In this document: in pieces, positions 33,183 through 33,622 of the stretch
How the letters are laid out: every line of letters begins with the position of its first letter
Position numbering within the stretch: position 1 is the stretch's first letter
NCBI RefSeq assembly: GCF_006345805.1
Contig: NW_021832044.1
Location: forward strand, 1 to 33,622
DNA length: 33,622 nt
Source of the DNA: Octopus sinensis
Lineage: Eukaryota
Direction of reading: 5' to 3'
Translations under genes and position numbers: made by a program
The notes under the pieces: generated by a model
What the model saw: the letters and a program-made list of their open reading frames with translations, nothing else
What the model was told of the DNA's origin: nothing
The model's database searches: none

Positions 33183-33622
33183 AGGACAACATATACTTGA
33201 TACTAGCAAACAGCATGCAACGAGAGGGAGCAAGCATGAATAATTTAAGGAAAATTTAAGGACAACATATACTTGATACTAGCAAACAGCATACAACGAG
33301 AGGGAGCAAACGTGAATAATTTAAGGAAAATTTAAGGACAACGTATACTTGATACTAGCAAACAGCATACAACGAGAGGGAGCAAAATGAATAATTTAAG
33401 GAAAATTTAAGGACAACGTATACTTGATACTAGCAAACACATACAAACGATAGGGAGGCAACATGAATAATTTAAGGAAAATTTAAGGACAACGTATACT
33501 TGATACTAGCAAACAGCATACAACGAGAGGGGGCAAGCATGAATAATTTAAGGAAAATTTAAGACAACGTATACTTGATACTAGCAAACAGCATACAACG
33601 AGAGGGAGCAAACATGAATATA
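33183..33622. repeat. 76-bp tandem minisatellite, about 5.8 units, running off the window end
   Basis: Unit aggacaac(a/g)tatacttgatactagcaaacagcat(a/g)caacgagagggagcaa(a/g)catgaataatttaaggaaaattta; starts at 33183, 33259 and 33335. Confidence 0.95.

Noticed and set aside
33183-33622. Possible CRISPR array
   Set aside because: Units are contiguous with no unique spacers; eukaryotic context and no cas genes.

Overview
AT-rich, repeat-dense animal genomic DNA. The tRNA-derived SINE families and microsatellite load suggest an octopus or other coleoid cephalopod (inference). The + strand carries four frame-consistent GT-AG exons of an adhesion GPCR: GAIN end, GPS with HL|T autoproteolysis site, TM1 and TM2 (655-6498). 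No TM3-TM7 exons were found downstream. The rest is mostly transposable-element derived. A (TAA)n tract holds three 5'-truncated R4/Dong-type RLE retrotransposon 3' ends (13.2-15.4 kb). A (GATA)n tract holds two tandem L1/Tx1-clade elements with matching microsatellite junctions: one full-length ORF1+APE-RT copy (21087-27292) and one ORF1-only internally deleted copy (17800-20729). Their 3' terminal ~45 nt resembles the tail of a local SINE family. Also present: RTE, CR1-type and HERO/R2-group remnants, several MITE/foldback elements, a hammerhead-like motif in a tRNA-headed repeat, a ~660-bp palindrome and a 76-bp minisatellite. All family assignments come from motif recognition by eye; no searches were run.
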